Numbered from the stretch's first letter, positions 49,599-60,138 are shown. The stretch is 64,000 nucleotides of DNA from Candidatus Nealsonbacteria bacterium (GCA_019923625.1 JAHXGN010000001.1:8939-72938), one strand, 5' to 3'. The notes: generated by a model from the letters alone, not told the origin. Numbers and translations are program-made.

Positions 49599-50245
49599 TT
49601 TGATTTTAAAAATGTGGTTTTTATTATTTTAATTGATTCTTTTGGCATGATTAAATACTTAAAAGAAAGCAGGTCTAAACAATTTAAATCTTTTACCTGA
49701 ATGGTTTTTACTTGTGGAAGATTTCTAGCCGCTAAAATTATCTTTTTGTTCATTTCCGGTAAAGCAATCAAAGTGTTTCCTTTTTTGAAATTTTCAATTT
49801 TTGAACTTAAAACATTAATAATTTCGGCCATTGATTTTGTTTTTGCTTTTTCTAATTTCAATTGATTGACAAAAATTAATAAATTACTTTTCGCCTTAGC
49901 GGTCAAAACCATCAAAAGAGCTTTTCTTTTTATTTTCTTGGGAATCATTTTTTTGAAAACTTTTTCTTTTCTCGGTCCAAAAGTTATTCCCCCGCCCCGC
50001 CAAAGAGGAGAACGAATTGAACCGTGTCTAGCCCTACCCGTTCCTTTTTGCCGCCAGGGTTTTTTTCCTCCGCCCCTTACCTCTCCCCTGGTTTTTGTTT
50101 GAGCCAGAATTTTTCTCCGGTTTGCCATCTGAGAAACAACAACTTGATGAATCAAATCGTGATTTATTTTAACATCAAAAATTTCTTTTGGCAGCGAAAT
50201 TTTTTCTATTTCCTTACCTTCTTGATTGTAAACTGTTATTTCCAT
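49595..50245 (-). CDS. rplD: 50S ribosomal protein L4
   Basis: L4 signature. Confidence 0.85.
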   Translation of the reverse strand: MEITVYNQEGKEIEKISLPKEIFDVKINHDLIHQVVVSQMANRRKILAQTKTRGEVRGGGKKPWRQKGTGRARHGSIRSPLWRGGGITFGPRKEKVFKKMIPKKIKRKALLMVLTAKAKSNLLIFVNQLKLEKAKTKSMAEIINVLSSKIENFKKGNTLIALPEMNKKIILAARNLPQVKTIQVKDLNCLDLLSFKYLIMPKESIKIIKTTFLKSK

Positions 50246-50265
50246 ATAAAAATTAAGCGAGGCAA

Positions 50266-50919
50266 CTATCCCCTAATTTCCAATAAAGTTCCTTTTGGCC
50301 CGGGTATAGCCCCTTTTATCGCCAAAAGATTATTTTCTTTATCAATTTTAACTATTTTTAAATTTTTGATTGTTACTCTTTGGTTTCCCATACGACCTGC
50401 CATTTTTTTCCCTTTTATTACTCTTTCGGGAAAAGAACTGCCAATTGAGCCGGCTTTTCTTGATTCATGTTTTACTCCATGAGTGGCATTTCTACCCGAA
50501 AATCCCCATCTTTTGACTACTCCGGCAAAACCTTTTCCCTTAGAAATTCCGGAAACTTCAACAACATCTCCTTCCCGAAAAATTGAAACATTGATTTCAT
50601 CTCCGACTTTATATTTTGAAACATCTATATTGTCTCTATTGTTTCCCCTAAACTCCCGCAAATATCTAAATGGTTTTTGTTTTTGCGGTTTTTTTATTTT
50701 CTTGTCTTTTAATTTTATAAAACCAATCTGTGAAGCGTCATAATTATCTTTTTTATCTTTCTTGTCCCCTGGCTGGCTGGCAGTAATGGCGCGGGACTCT
50801 TTGGTTTTTACTTGAGTAATTTGACAGGGGCCGGCTTCAATTAAAGTTATCGGAATTACTTTTCCGTTTTTGTCAAAAATTTGAGACATACCAAGTTTTA
50901 AACCTAAAATAAATTTCAT
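50266..50919 (-). CDS. rplC: 50S ribosomal protein L3
   Basis: L3 signature. Confidence 0.9.
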   Translation of the reverse strand: MKFILGLKLGMSQIFDKNGKVIPITLIEAGPCQITQVKTKESRAITASQPGDKKDKKDNYDASQIGFIKLKDKKIKKPQKQKPFRYLREFRGNNRDNIDVSKYKVGDEINVSIFREGDVVEVSGISKGKGFAGVVKRWGFSGRNATHGVKHESRKAGSIGSSFPERVIKGKKMAGRMGNQRVTIKNLKIVKIDKENNLLAIKGAIPGPKGTLLEIRG

Positions 50920-50924
50920 GATTA

Positions 50925-51060
50925 ATAGCAGATTTAAAATAACGGAGGACAGTCCTCCGTATCTAAGATATGTAAGAATCCCGAGTGTTGTTTACACTTT
51001 TTTGAGCGAGGCAATAAAGTTAAAATAACGGAGGACAGTCCTCCGTATCTTAGATCTGTG
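50925..51060. repeat. Two direct copies of a 40-bp unit (aaataacggaggacagtcctccgtatct.agat) containing the palindrome ggaggac/gtcctcc, separated by a family-C 5' end motif (GAGCGAGGCAATAAAG)
   Basis: Seen in the rplC-rpsJ spacer. Confidence 0.7.
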
Positions 51061-51062
51061 CC

Positions 51063-51404
51063 TTACATTTTAATTTCAATATCAACTCCGGCCGGTAAAG
51101 TAAGTCGCGTTAGAGCATCAATTATTTTTGGATTGGGATTTAAAATATCAATTAGTCTTTTATGAATTCTCATTTCAAACTGCTCCCTGGCGTCTTTATG
51201 AACAAAAGAGGACCGATTAACAGTATATTTGTGAATTTCGGTTGGAATGGGCACCGGGCCCAAAACCTCCACCCCGCAACGCAAAGCTATTTCAATAATT
51301 TGTTTTGTTGAATTATCAATAACTTTGTGGTCGTAAGACCGCAGTTTAATCCGAATCTTGGTTTTTATTTCTTCAACTTCAGCAACTGTTTTTTTGGCTG
51401 GCAT
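51063..51404 (-). CDS. rpsJ: 30S ribosomal protein S10
   Basis: S10 signature. Confidence 0.9.
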   Translation of the reverse strand: MPAKKTVAEVEEIKTKIRIKLRSYDHKVIDNSTKQIIEIALRCGVEVLGPVPIPTEIHKYTVNRSSFVHKDAREQFEMRIHKRLIDILNPNPKIIDALTRLTLPAGVDIEIKM

Positions 51405-51452
51405 CTTAAAAGAACAATAAAAATTGCTAATTATTCCGTTATAACTTATTAA

Positions 51453-52652
51453 CTATTTTATTATTTTCGTCGTTACTCCTGCTCCTACTGTTTTTCCTCC
51501 TTCCCGAATTGCAAACCTTTGTTTTTCTTCCAAAGCAATAGGAACAATTAATTTTATTTTTAAATTAACGGTGTCGCCAGGCATGACCATTTCCGTTCCC
51601 TCGGCTAAAACCACATCTCCGGTCACATCAGTAGTTCTGAAATAAAGTTGGGGTTTATAGCCGGAAAAAAATGGGGTATGACGACCACCTTCTTCTTTGG
51701 TTAAAATATAAACTTCGGCTTCAAATTCAGTATGAGGAGTAATCGTTCCCGGTTTAGCTAAAACCTGACCCCTTTGCGCGTCTTCTTTTTTAAGGCCCCT
51801 AATCAAGACCCCGACATTGTCGCCAGCTCTTCCTTCGTCAAGAATTTTCTGAAACATTTCAACACTAACCGCAGTGGTCTTAACTGTTGGTTTAATACCA
51901 ACTATCTCTATTTCGTCATTATTTTGAACCACTCCTCTTTCAACTCTTCCGGTTACAACCGTTCCTCGGCCGGAAATGGAAAAAACATCTTCAATAGCCA
52001 TTAAAAATGGTTTATCTATTTCTCTAACCGGTTCGGGAATATGTTCATCTACCGCTTTCATTAATTCCAAAATTTTCTTTGCCCATTCATCATCAATAGA
52101 TTTTGCTTCCAGGGCTTTTGCGGCCGAACCCTTAATTATTGGAATAGTATCACCGGGAAAACCATATTTTTTCAAAATTTCTCGGACTTCACTCTCAACT
52201 AAATCAATAATTTCCGGGTCATCAACCAAATCGCATTTATTTAAAAAGACAACTATTGAAGGCAGACCGACTTGACGAGCCAATAAAATATGCTCTCTGG
52301 TTTGAGGCATTGGTCCATCAGGAGCTGAAACCACTAAAATTGCGCCGTCCATTTGAGCTGCTCCGGTAATCATATTTTTGATATAATCAGCGTGGCCCGG
52401 ACAATCAATATGGGCATAATGTCTTTTTTCGGTTTCATATTCAAGATGAGAAATACTAATGGTCAATCCCCTGGCTTTTTCTTCAGGAGCGGCATCAATT
52501 TGATCAACCGATTTTTTAACTATTTTGGGGTTGCTCAAGCCCAAAACATGTAAAATAGATGCCACTAATGTGGTTTTTCCATGGTCAACATGACCAATAG
52601 TGCCGACATTAATATGGGGTTTTTCCCTGATAAATTTTTCTTTTTCTGCCAT
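51453..52652 (-). CDS. tuf: Elongation factor Tu
   Basis: [15 protein letters not shown] and NKCD motifs. Start placed at MAEKEKF. Confidence 0.95.
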   Translation of the reverse strand: MAEKEKFIREKPHINVGTIGHVDHGKTTLVASILHVLGLSNPKIVKKSVDQIDAAPEEKARGLTISISHLEYETEKRHYAHIDCPGHADYIKNMITGAAQMDGAILVVSAPDGPMPQTREHILLARQVGLPSIVVFLNKCDLVDDPEIIDLVESEVREILKKYGFPGDTIPIIKGSAAKALEAKSIDDEWAKKILELMKAVDEHIPEPVREIDKPFLMAIEDVFSISGRGTVVTGRVERGVVQNNDEIEIVGIKPTVKTTAVSVEMFQKILDEGRAGDNVGVLIRGLKKEDAQRGQVLAKPGTITPHTEFEAEVYILTKEEGGRHTPFFSGYKPQLYFRTTDVTGDVVLAEGTEMVMPGDTVNLKIKLIVPIALEEKQRFAIREGGKTVGAGVTTKIIK

Positions 52653-52922
52653 AAAATTATAATGCGAACCTACCAATAATATACGAGCGCCGCGAATAAT
52701 TTATTTATTCGCAACATTCGGATAAAAATTCGCAGCATTCGGATTATTCTTATTATATTATTATTCTACTTAATCTTTAAAGTTTGTCAATATAAGTTGT
52801 CTGAACGTCAGTCAAGGTTTAACGTCAACAGGATTTATTGTTCGCTGTTTATTACAAAAAGTCAATGGGGTGAATTGAATACCCGTACCCGGTTTACCCG
52901 CTTGCCATCGCCTAAGCCTAAG

Positions 52923-52995
52923 AGCCTGAGGCCGGATTTGAACCGAGCGACCTACTGTTTACAAAACAGTTGCTCTGCCGCTGAGCTACTCAGGC
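52923..52995 (-). tRNA. tRNA-Thr (anticodon UGU)
   Basis: Reverse complement is GCCTGAG TA GCTCAGCGGCAGAGC A ACTGT TTTGTAA ACAGT ... GGTTCAAATCC ... CTCAGGC. Sits upstream of tuf, as in many bacteria. Confidence 0.7.
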
Positions 52996-53093
52996 TTAGG
53001 CGATGGCAGGCAGGCAAAACCATTGCTTTGCCACCAAGGCAAGCGAGTCGGCAAGTTCTATATCCTGGCCAAGACAGCTGTTTTCCTCTTGAA

Positions 53094-53471
53094 TTATTCT
53101 GACTCATTTTTGGTTGAGTTTTTTATTTCTTGCCAATAATTATCATCCTCTTTAATTTTCTTTTTTTTGGTTTTTTCTCTTATTTTCTGAAGTAAATTGG
53201 CGGTTTTGTTTTCCATTTTCAAACTCAAGACCCTGATTTTTGAAAGAATGTTTTGAAAAAATATATCTGGGTTGACTTTTTTAAAGTATCTCCAGTTTTT
53301 AACCCTGTCTTTTATTAAAATAATTTTTCTCTTTAAAAAATAAGTTTGGAAACATTTGTCTTTTTGGGGCTTTTCCGGCAATTGGGCTAAAATTGATATT
53401 TTTTTAAATGCGATTGAAATAATTCCCAAAAAACTTCCGATTAAAATAATGGTGGCGATTAATTCTGGCAT
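53094..53471 (-). CDS. Hypothetical small membrane protein
   Basis: N-terminal transmembrane segment and a Lys-rich tail. Confidence 0.4.
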   Translation of the reverse strand: MPELIATIILIGSFLGIISIAFKKISILAQLPEKPQKDKCFQTYFLKRKIILIKDRVKNWRYFKKVNPDIFFQNILSKIRVLSLKMENKTANLLQKIREKTKKKKIKEDDNYWQEIKNSTKNESE

Positions 53472-53474
53472 TTT

Positions 53475-53933
53475 TTAAATTTCGTAACGAATAAATCTTT
53501 TAAGGACAACATTTTCTCCCAATTTTACTATATATTCATCAATTAAGTCCTTGATTTTTTTACTTTCATCCCTTATCCAGGATTGTTCTAAAATGGGTGA
53601 ATTTCCTTCAAAACCGGCGATTTGCAAACATAACTCGTGAGCTAAGTTTTGAAAATCTTTGGACTTGGCAACAAAGTCAGTTTCACAATTTAGTTCCAGC
53701 AAGACCCCGATTTTTTTATTGGAATGGATATAACTGTCTATAATTCCCTGTTTAACTTCTCGTTTAATTTTTTTCTCAACCAATACCTTGCCCCATTTTT
53801 TTAGAATTTCTTTTGCCTTATCAATATCGCCTCCGGATTTTTCCAAGGCCTTTTTGCATTCGGTTATTGAAATATCGGTTTCCTCTCTTAATTGTTTGAT
53901 TTGGCTAATATTTATCATAAGCTCAAAAGTCAA
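53475..53933 (-). CDS. tsf: Elongation factor Ts (short form)
   Basis: N-terminal UBA-like IKQLREETDISITECKKALEKSGGDIDKA. Confidence 0.8.
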   Translation of the reverse strand: MTFELMINISQIKQLREETDISITECKKALEKSGGDIDKAKEILKKWGKVLVEKKIKREVKQGIIDSYIHSNKKIGVLLELNCETDFVAKSKDFQNLAHELCLQIAGFEGNSPILEQSWIRDESKKIKDLIDEYIVKLGENVVLKRFIRYEI

Positions 53934-53973
53934 AAATCAAAGCGCAAAGCTACAACTAAAAACTTAAAATTAT

Positions 53974-54714
53974 TTAGCTTTGAGTTTTAGGCTGTGGTTT
54001 TTCGTTTTTCGCTTTAAGTTTTGCATTTAAAATCACCTCTCTTACTTTCTCCAGAATATATTTTACAGAACTGATTGCATCATCATTGGCCGGTATTGGG
54101 TAATCGGCTAAATTCGGGTCAACATTGGTATCGGAAATGCCAATTACTTTTATTCCCTTTTCCCGGGCTTCTTTTATGGATAGCGCATCTTTTTTCATAT
54201 CTAAAACGAAAATTGCCTCGGGTAATTTTTCCAAATTTTTTATTCCGCCGAATTTTTTATCCAAAACTATTAACTCTTTTTCAATTTCAGCCCTTTCTTT
54301 TTTGGTGTATTTTTCAAATTCCTCTTTGGTTTTTTTCTTTTCTAAATCTTTAAAATATTCAATTCTTTTTTTTATTATTTCAAAATTAGTAAAAGTTCCT
54401 CCTAACCAACGTTCATTAACATAAGGAAAACCGCACTCTAAGGCAATATTTTTCAACAATTCTTTTATTTGAATTTTTGTTCCAACAAAAACTAAAGTTT
54501 TCCCTTCTAAAACTAATTGCCGAATAAATTGAAGGGCTTTTTCCAATTTATCTTTCGTTTTTTCCAAATCAATAAGATGAACCGTATTTTTTTTTCCAAA
54601 TAAATAGGGCTCCATTTTGGGATGGGTTTTTGAAGTTCGGTGACCGAAATGAATTCCCAGTTGAGCCATCTCCTCAACATCAATTTTAAATTCGTCTTTT
54701 TTTATTTCCTCCAT
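53974..54714 (-). CDS. rpsB: 30S ribosomal protein S2
   Basis: S2 signature, including the N-terminal GIHFGH motif. Confidence 0.9.
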   Translation of the reverse strand: MEEIKKDEFKIDVEEMAQLGIHFGHRTSKTHPKMEPYLFGKKNTVHLIDLEKTKDKLEKALQFIRQLVLEGKTLVFVGTKIQIKELLKNIALECGFPYVNERWLGGTFTNFEIIKKRIEYFKDLEKKKTKEEFEKYTKKERAEIEKELIVLDKKFGGIKNLEKLPEAIFVLDMKKDALSIKEAREKGIKVIGISDTNVDPNLADYPIPANDDAISSVKYILEKVREVILNAKLKAKNEKPQPKTQS

Positions 54715-54776
54715 ATAATCAGATTTTACAATATCCTTCTTGATTTTTCAATAGCAATGGGTTATTATAAAAATCA

Positions 54777-55007
54777 ATGAAGACAAACATTCATCCAAAA
54801 TATTACGAGAAGGCAACAGTTCGCTGCGCCTGCGGGAATGTATTTACTGTTGGTTCAACCAAGGAAATTATTGAAGTTGAGGTTTGCTCAAAATGCCATC
54901 CCTTTTATACCGGAAAAGAAAAAATCGTTGATGTTCTGGGCCGGGTAGAAAAATTCAGAAAGAAATTGGCAAGAAAGGAAGAAATGAAAAAAGGGCGAAA
55001 AAAATAA
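54777..55007 (+). CDS. rpmE: 50S ribosomal protein L31 (Zn-binding, C-x2-C...C-x2-H)
   Basis: MKTNIHPKY... L31 signature. Confidence 0.85.
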   Translation: MKTNIHPKYYEKATVRCACGNVFTVGSTKEIIEVEVCSKCHPFYTGKEKIVDVLGRVEKFRKKLARKEEMKKGRKK

Positions 55008-55008
55008 T

Positions 55009-55764
55009 ATGATAAATGAATCACAATCAGTAATTGTTGAAATCAGGGCAGGAGCCGGCGGAGAAGAAGCGTCTCTTTTTGTTGCCGATTTATTAAAAAT
55101 GTATTCAAGATACGCTTTTTTTAATCATTGGCAACAAAAAATTTTGGATTCTCGTCCAACTTCTTTAAATGGCTTTAAAGAAATTATTTTTGAAATTTCG
55201 GGTAACGGAGTTTTTTCAACAATGAAAAATGAGGCCGGGGTTCATCGCGTCCAGAGAATCCCGACCACCGAGAAATCGGGCAGGATTCACACCTCTACGA
55301 CCTCGGTGGCAGTACTGCTGAAACCCCAGAAAGGAAAAATTACCATAAATCCCAATGACTTAAAAATTGACACCTACAAATCATCGGGTCCTGGCGGTCA
55401 ATATGTCAACAAAAGAATGACTGCTGTCAGAATCACCCACTTGCCCAGCGGATTGGTAGTTACCTCGCAAACCGAAAGAAACCTGCAGCAAAACAGAGAA
55501 AATGCTCTGAGTATCCTGGCAGCCAGGCTTTTAGAAAAAAAAGAGGTGGAGGAGAGGACGAAAGTGGGAGAAGAAAGACGTTTGCAAATCGGCAAGGCCC
55601 AGAGAGCGGAAAAAATCAGAACTTATAATTTCCCTCAAAACAGGATTACCGACCACCGCCTGAAAAAATCATGGCATAACCTGGAAAAAATATTAAATGG
55701 AGAATTAGGTATAATAATTAAATCTTTCGAAAAAGAAAAAAACGAAGCGACTAATCTTCAATAG
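55009..55764 (+). CDS. prfA: Class I peptide chain release factor, RF1-like (PTT tripeptide motif, GGQ), lacking the N-terminal domain 1
   Basis: 251 aa. Begins at the position equivalent to RF1 residue ~110 (VEIRAGAGGEEASLF). Contains QRIPTTEKSGRIHTS and SGPGGQYVNK. Confidence 0.65.
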   Translation: MINESQSVIVEIRAGAGGEEASLFVADLLKMYSRYAFFNHWQQKILDSRPTSLNGFKEIIFEISGNGVFSTMKNEAGVHRVQRIPTTEKSGRIHTSTTSVAVLLKPQKGKITINPNDLKIDTYKSSGPGGQYVNKRMTAVRITHLPSGLVVTSQTERNLQQNRENALSILAARLLEKKEVEERTKVGEERRLQIGKAQRAEKIRTYNFPQNRITDHRLKKSWHNLEKILNGELGIIIKSFEKEKNEATNLQ

Positions 55765-55774
55765 ACGTAAAAAT

Positions 55775-55810
55775 ACACGGGTGAAACCCGTGTATTTATA
55801 AAAAATTGGC
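55775..55810. terminator. Palindromic hairpin (aaaaatacacggg tgaa acccgtgtattt) between the convergent prfA-like and lytic transglycosylase genes, likely a bidirectional terminator
   Basis: Seen in the sequence, with A/T tracts on both sides. Confidence 0.5.
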
Positions 55811-55845
55811 ACAATTTAGAAGAAACTATGGCCGGAAAATTGGAA

Positions 55846-57234
55846 TCAATTATGAGCGCCCTTGATAAAAACCTTAAAGAAAGCCAATGATTTTGGCAAT
55901 TGGGCCAATCTTTCTAAATCCCTTATATCTCCTTCAAGGCCCCTGGCAATTCTCATTACCGAGTCCCCATAAAACCTAAATCTAAGGTTAACGGTTCCGG
56001 CAAAATAAATCATTGCCGCCCGCCATTCGGCCTCAGGGGTTCTTCTATTCGCCCCATTATTGGCTAAATGCAAGCCAGCGGCCACAAAAGAATCTTTGAT
56101 ATTCCATGGGTCGGCGCTGCCGGTAATTGCCCTGACCCTTTCTTTATACCTTATCCAGGTTGAAGGAATAAATTGAGCCGGCCCCATTGCCCCTCCCCAG
56201 CCAAATTCCATCGGACAAGAAACCGGAGTATTAAAAGGGTCTCTGCCCGCTCTCTCGGTGATTTGAAGAAAAATAGGCGCGTCTCTTCGGGGATGCATCA
56301 CTCTTTGGATAGTTCTTCCGTTTCTAATCCCAACTCCTTCTCCGGTTCTCGGATTTCTTAAAAAACACTGACCAACATTCCGGCCGATATTGGACTCTTG
56401 TTTTAAAATCGCCAATAAAAAGGCCGGCCTCACTCCGGTAATTCCTTCTACATATTTTGCCAAATCATAGGCCTCGCCAAAGGTAGGAACATCGGCTACT
56501 CCGATTAATTGAAAAATCCTTGCTCTGATTTCAACTGCTCTTCGTTTTATTTCTTCTTTTCCTCTAAGATACTGCTGATATTGGGCTTGGGTCAATCTTA
56601 AAAGACTGTCTCTTTCTCTTCTTAATTTGACGTTTTCTTCTTTTTGTAAAAGTTGGACTTTGCGCGTCCTGGCCAGGTCCTCTTTTTCTTGGTCTAAAGA
56701 TTTCTTCTGGGATTCAAGGCGAATTTTTAAATTTTTAATGTTTTCTAAAAGTTCGCTGTTTTTATTATGAAGATTTTCAAGGGTCATTAAATTACTGAAA
56801 AAATTAGAGAGGCGTCTTTCAAAAAATAAAATTTCAATGAAGCTCCTTTGCTCTTCTTTGTAAATTGCCCGCAAGATATTGATTATTCTTTTTTTTGAGT
56901 CGTTAATTTTTAATGCCGTTCTGTCAATTGAACCCTCAGTATCTTTAATCTGAATGGCAATGTCTTTAATCATAATGTTGCTTTGACGAGCCTGAAGGTC
57001 TAATTTTTCAATCCTCCTTCTTAAAAGAGCAATATCGTTTCTAAGGGTTCTTTTTTCTCTTTCGGTTTTTTGAATATCTTTTTCATACTCAATAATTCTT
57101 TCTTCCACTTCCCTTAATTCCCTTTCTAAAGCCTGGCGCTCCTCCCGAGGGGTCGTCTGAGCAAAACTGAAGAAATTTGGCAAAACAAAAGCCAGAAACA
57201 AAACAAGTATTAAAATTTTTGAAAATTTAGACAT
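55846..57234 (-). CDS. Secreted coiled-coil protein with a C-terminal lytic transglycosylase (SLT-like) domain
   Basis: Signal/transmembrane N-terminus, a long heptad-repeat region, then the catalytic LKQESN and AMGPAQFIPSTW motifs. Confidence 0.6.
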   Translation of the reverse strand: MSKFSKILILVLFLAFVLPNFFSFAQTTPREERQALERELREVEERIIEYEKDIQKTEREKRTLRNDIALLRRRIEKLDLQARQSNIMIKDIAIQIKDTEGSIDRTALKINDSKKRIINILRAIYKEEQRSFIEILFFERRLSNFFSNLMTLENLHNKNSELLENIKNLKIRLESQKKSLDQEKEDLARTRKVQLLQKEENVKLRRERDSLLRLTQAQYQQYLRGKEEIKRRAVEIRARIFQLIGVADVPTFGEAYDLAKYVEGITGVRPAFLLAILKQESNIGRNVGQCFLRNPRTGEGVGIRNGRTIQRVMHPRRDAPIFLQITERAGRDPFNTPVSCPMEFGWGGAMGPAQFIPSTWIRYKERVRAITGSADPWNIKDSFVAAGLHLANNGANRRTPEAEWRAAMIYFAGTVNLRFRFYGDSVMRIARGLEGDIRDLERLAQLPKSLAFFKVFIKGAHN

Positions 57235-57312
57235 TAAAAATTATTTGCATAAATTATTATAACAGGATTGAGGGCACATATCAACCGGCCAGCAGTAAAA
57301 CTGATTTTATTA

Positions 57313-57376
57313 CAAATTGAAAATTGAAGGGCGAAGAGGAATACCTCTTCTTTCCCTTCGCCCGCCAACTGGCGGG
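57313..57376 (-). terminator. Rho-independent terminator candidate for rplY (nested GC hairpins gggcgaag..cttcgccc and cccgcc aact ggcggg, followed on the minus strand by a T-rich tract)
   Basis: Seen in the sequence. Confidence 0.5.
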
Positions 57377-57392
57377 CTCGGAAATTGAAAAT

Positions 57393-58037
57393 TTATTTCT
57401 CCTCTTCTGCCTCTTCTTTTTTCTTTTCCTCAACTTTCTCCACTTTCTCCACTTTCTCTTCAATTGGTTTTTCTAATTCCTCTTCTATTTTTTCCGGCTC
57501 TGAAACAAAAGCAACCATTTCGTCGGGCGCTTTGAGAATTTTTACTTCTTTTGAAACAATTAAATCTTTAATTAAAATATTATCCTCAAATGCTTTTAGC
57601 TTGCTTATATCCACTTTAATTTCGTGAGGAAGGTTTTGGGGCAGGGCTTTTACTTCCAACTCATAAATATTTTTAACCAAAGTTCCTCCTAATTCCTTTA
57701 CCACCGGTGCCATTCCTTCAAAAATCAAAGGAACGGTTGCCGTAATCTCTTCGTCTAATTTCGGCTGATAAAAATCAATATGAATGGGTTTTTGAGAAAT
57801 GGCGTCAATTTCAACACTATGAATCAAAACCAAAAATTTCTTACCATCTACTTGAAGCTGAATCAAAGAGCTTTCTCCGGCTCCTTGATAAACTTTTTCA
57901 AATTCTTTGAAATCAACTTTTAAGGGAATATTTTTTATTTTTGGTCCGTATAATATTGCCGGCAGAAGACCGGTTTTTCTCGGGGATTTTGTTTTTTTTC
58001 CGAGAATTTCGCGAATTTTAACATCTAAAGTCAACAT
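57393..58037 (-). CDS. rplY: 50S ribosomal protein L25 / general stress protein Ctc, with an acidic EKVEKV repeat tail
   Basis: L25 beta-barrel N-terminal domain. Confidence 0.8.
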   Translation of the reverse strand: MLTLDVKIREILGKKTKSPRKTGLLPAILYGPKIKNIPLKVDFKEFEKVYQGAGESSLIQLQVDGKKFLVLIHSVEIDAISQKPIHIDFYQPKLDEEITATVPLIFEGMAPVVKELGGTLVKNIYELEVKALPQNLPHEIKVDISKLKAFEDNILIKDLIVSKEVKILKAPDEMVAFVSEPEKIEEELEKPIEEKVEKVEKVEEKKKEEAEEEK

Positions 58038-58196
58038 ATTAATAACTTCAAATATAGTGTTTTTTTAATTTTTGATAATTTTTTATTTTGATTGAACAGC
58101 CGCAAGACAGGCCTGAGTTTCCTCTTTCTTCTATTGGTCGATGAATCTTTAGATTCATCTTCACCTTTCGCTAACGCTCAGGTAGGTGAAGAAAGT

Positions 58197-59042
58197 CTAT
58201 TTTCTTCTACTGCTGCCAAATAATAAAATCTTTTCTTTGGCCGCTTTTTCAATTGCCTGAATTACTGGTAAAAGATACTGGTAAGGTCTTAATTCTTTCC
58301 GGTTTTCCAAAATTGATTTTTTTAGGGTCTGTTTGTAAGCCATTCTTAATTCCGTATTGATATTTATTTTAACAATCCCCAAATTTATTGCCTTTTTTAA
58401 ATCTTCTTTTTTGGTACCCGAGCCGCCGTGTAATACCAAAAAGACCTTATTTTTTAATTTTTCTCTTATTTCTTTTAATTTTTCCAAATTCAAATCGGGA
58501 TTTAAGCCGGAAAATTCAATTCCGTGAACATTGCCAATTGAAATGGCTAAACCATCTATTCCTGTTTCTTTGACAAATTTTAGGGCTAAACAAGGGTCGG
58601 TCAAAATTCCTTTTTCTCCAACCCTGGCTATTTTTTCCAATTCTCCCTCAAAAAATACATTTTTTTTTCGGGCATATTCTCTAATTTCTCGGCTGATTTT
58701 TATATTTTCTCTAATTGGCAATTCCGAACCGTCAAAATGAACGGAGTCATAGCCGGCTTTTATCGCTTCTTTAGTATAACTTAAAGATTTTCCATGGTCA
58801 AGGTTTAAAAAAACAGGAAGTTTCAATTTTTTTTGATAAATTTTAACCAAATTTACTGCTTCCTCTAATCCGAAAAAACGGCTTTCTTTTTCCGATGTTC
58901 CCAAAATTAAGGGGGATTTTAATTTTTGAGCCGCTTTTAAAATTCCTTTTAATTGTTCAAGGGTTGAAAAATTAAATTGGCCGATTGCCCATTTTTCTTT
59001 TTCCGCTTTTTTAAAATAATGTTTTAAATTTTTTATTTTCAT
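58197..59042 (-). CDS. fba: Class II fructose-/tagatose-bisphosphate aldolase
   Basis: LNLDHG and LVLHGGSG motifs. Confidence 0.8.
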   Translation of the reverse strand: MKIKNLKHYFKKAEKEKWAIGQFNFSTLEQLKGILKAAQKLKSPLILGTSEKESRFFGLEEAVNLVKIYQKKLKLPVFLNLDHGKSLSYTKEAIKAGYDSVHFDGSELPIRENIKISREIREYARKKNVFFEGELEKIARVGEKGILTDPCLALKFVKETGIDGLAISIGNVHGIEFSGLNPDLNLEKLKEIREKLKNKVFLVLHGGSGTKKEDLKKAINLGIVKININTELRMAYKQTLKKSILENRKELRPYQYLLPVIQAIEKAAKEKILLFGSSRRK

Positions 59043-59067
59043 TTTTGGGGTTCTTTTTAGAACTTTT

Positions 59068-60129
59068 TTAGAGCCTCTTTTTTAAAATTTTGATTTTTGG
59101 ATACCTTGCCCCCTTTTTTAAAAGGCCTTTTTGGGCTCCCCATTGGCTAACGCAGAAACCTGAATTTGCCATGGCTTTTTGAATGGCAAAAATTATATTA
59201 TTTTTCTCAATCATTCCGGCAACAAAACCGGAACCAAAGGCGTCGCCAGCGCCAGTAGCATCAACAAATTTTAATCTCAAAGACGGCGCCTGGTAAAGCT
59301 CTTTTCCGTCAGAAACAACTACGCCATCCCTGCCTTTTGTCATTATGGCAATGCCTTTTGTCATTTCATCGATTTTTCGGAAAATTTCTTTTTCCCTGCC
59401 TGGGCCAAGGATTCGACAGCCAAGCCCGCCTGAGCCAATCTGCCTGCCAGCAAAACAGGGGTCTCGGCGAGCAGGTTTTTGAAAAGGAATTTTGGTCAAT
59501 AACGAGGCCTCTTCCTGATTTAAAATCAAAATGTCAATTTTTTTCAAAATTCTTTCCAAAACCGGCTTTGAAAATTTCAATTGGTCATATCCTGGATTCC
59601 AGGCAACCTTAATCTTAAATTTTTGGGCAAAATTAATCAGGTCCTCGGTTAAATTGGCTAACTTTCCGGAGAACGGAGCTAAATAAAACCAACTGGTTTT
59701 TTTAATTTTCTGCCAGGGAATGTCTTTTTTCTCCAAATCATCAGAAGCCCCCCGGTAAACCAAAATTGTCCGGTCTTTGCCAGGATAAGTTAAAAAAACC
59801 GAAATATTGGTAAGTTTATTTTTTGTTTTTAGAATAAATGATGGGCTGATTTTTAATTTTTTCAGCTCGGCGATTATTAAATTGCCAAAACAGTCCTCGC
59901 CAACCTGACCGCACCAGGCAACTTTCAACCCTTGATTGGCAAAGGTCGCGGCCGTATTTGTTCCGCCGCCGCCAGAACTCAAAAAAATATCTTCCACCTC
60001 AATTTTTGAACCCAAATCTAAGCAAATGCCCTGTTTTGCGGTAAGGGTTTTATTAAAAACCGGTAAAAATTTTTTTGATTTCAGATAAATGTCCTGAGCC
60101 GCCGACCCGAAGGTAATTACATCAAACAT
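59068..60129 (-). CDS. PfkB-family carbohydrate kinase
   Basis: GGGGTN and DATGAGDAF motifs. Confidence 0.75.
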   Translation of the reverse strand: MFDVITFGSAAQDIYLKSKKFLPVFNKTLTAKQGICLDLGSKIEVEDIFLSSGGGGTNTAATFANQGLKVAWCGQVGEDCFGNLIIAELKKLKISPSFILKTKNKLTNISVFLTYPGKDRTILVYRGASDDLEKKDIPWQKIKKTSWFYLAPFSGKLANLTEDLINFAQKFKIKVAWNPGYDQLKFSKPVLERILKKIDILILNQEEASLLTKIPFQKPARRDPCFAGRQIGSGGLGCRILGPGREKEIFRKIDEMTKGIAIMTKGRDGVVVSDGKELYQAPSLRLKFVDATGAGDAFGSGFVAGMIEKNNIIFAIQKAMANSGFCVSQWGAQKGLLKKGARYPKIKILKKRL

Positions 60130-60138
60130 TGAAATAAA

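Noticed and set aside
50246-50262. AAGCGAGGCAA motif as a ribosome-binding site
   Set aside because: On the mRNA strand it reads UUGCCUCGCUU, which does not complement the 16S 3' end (..UCACCUU). It is absent from most gene starts and co-occurs with the family-C 3' motif, so I interpret it as a repeat-element end.
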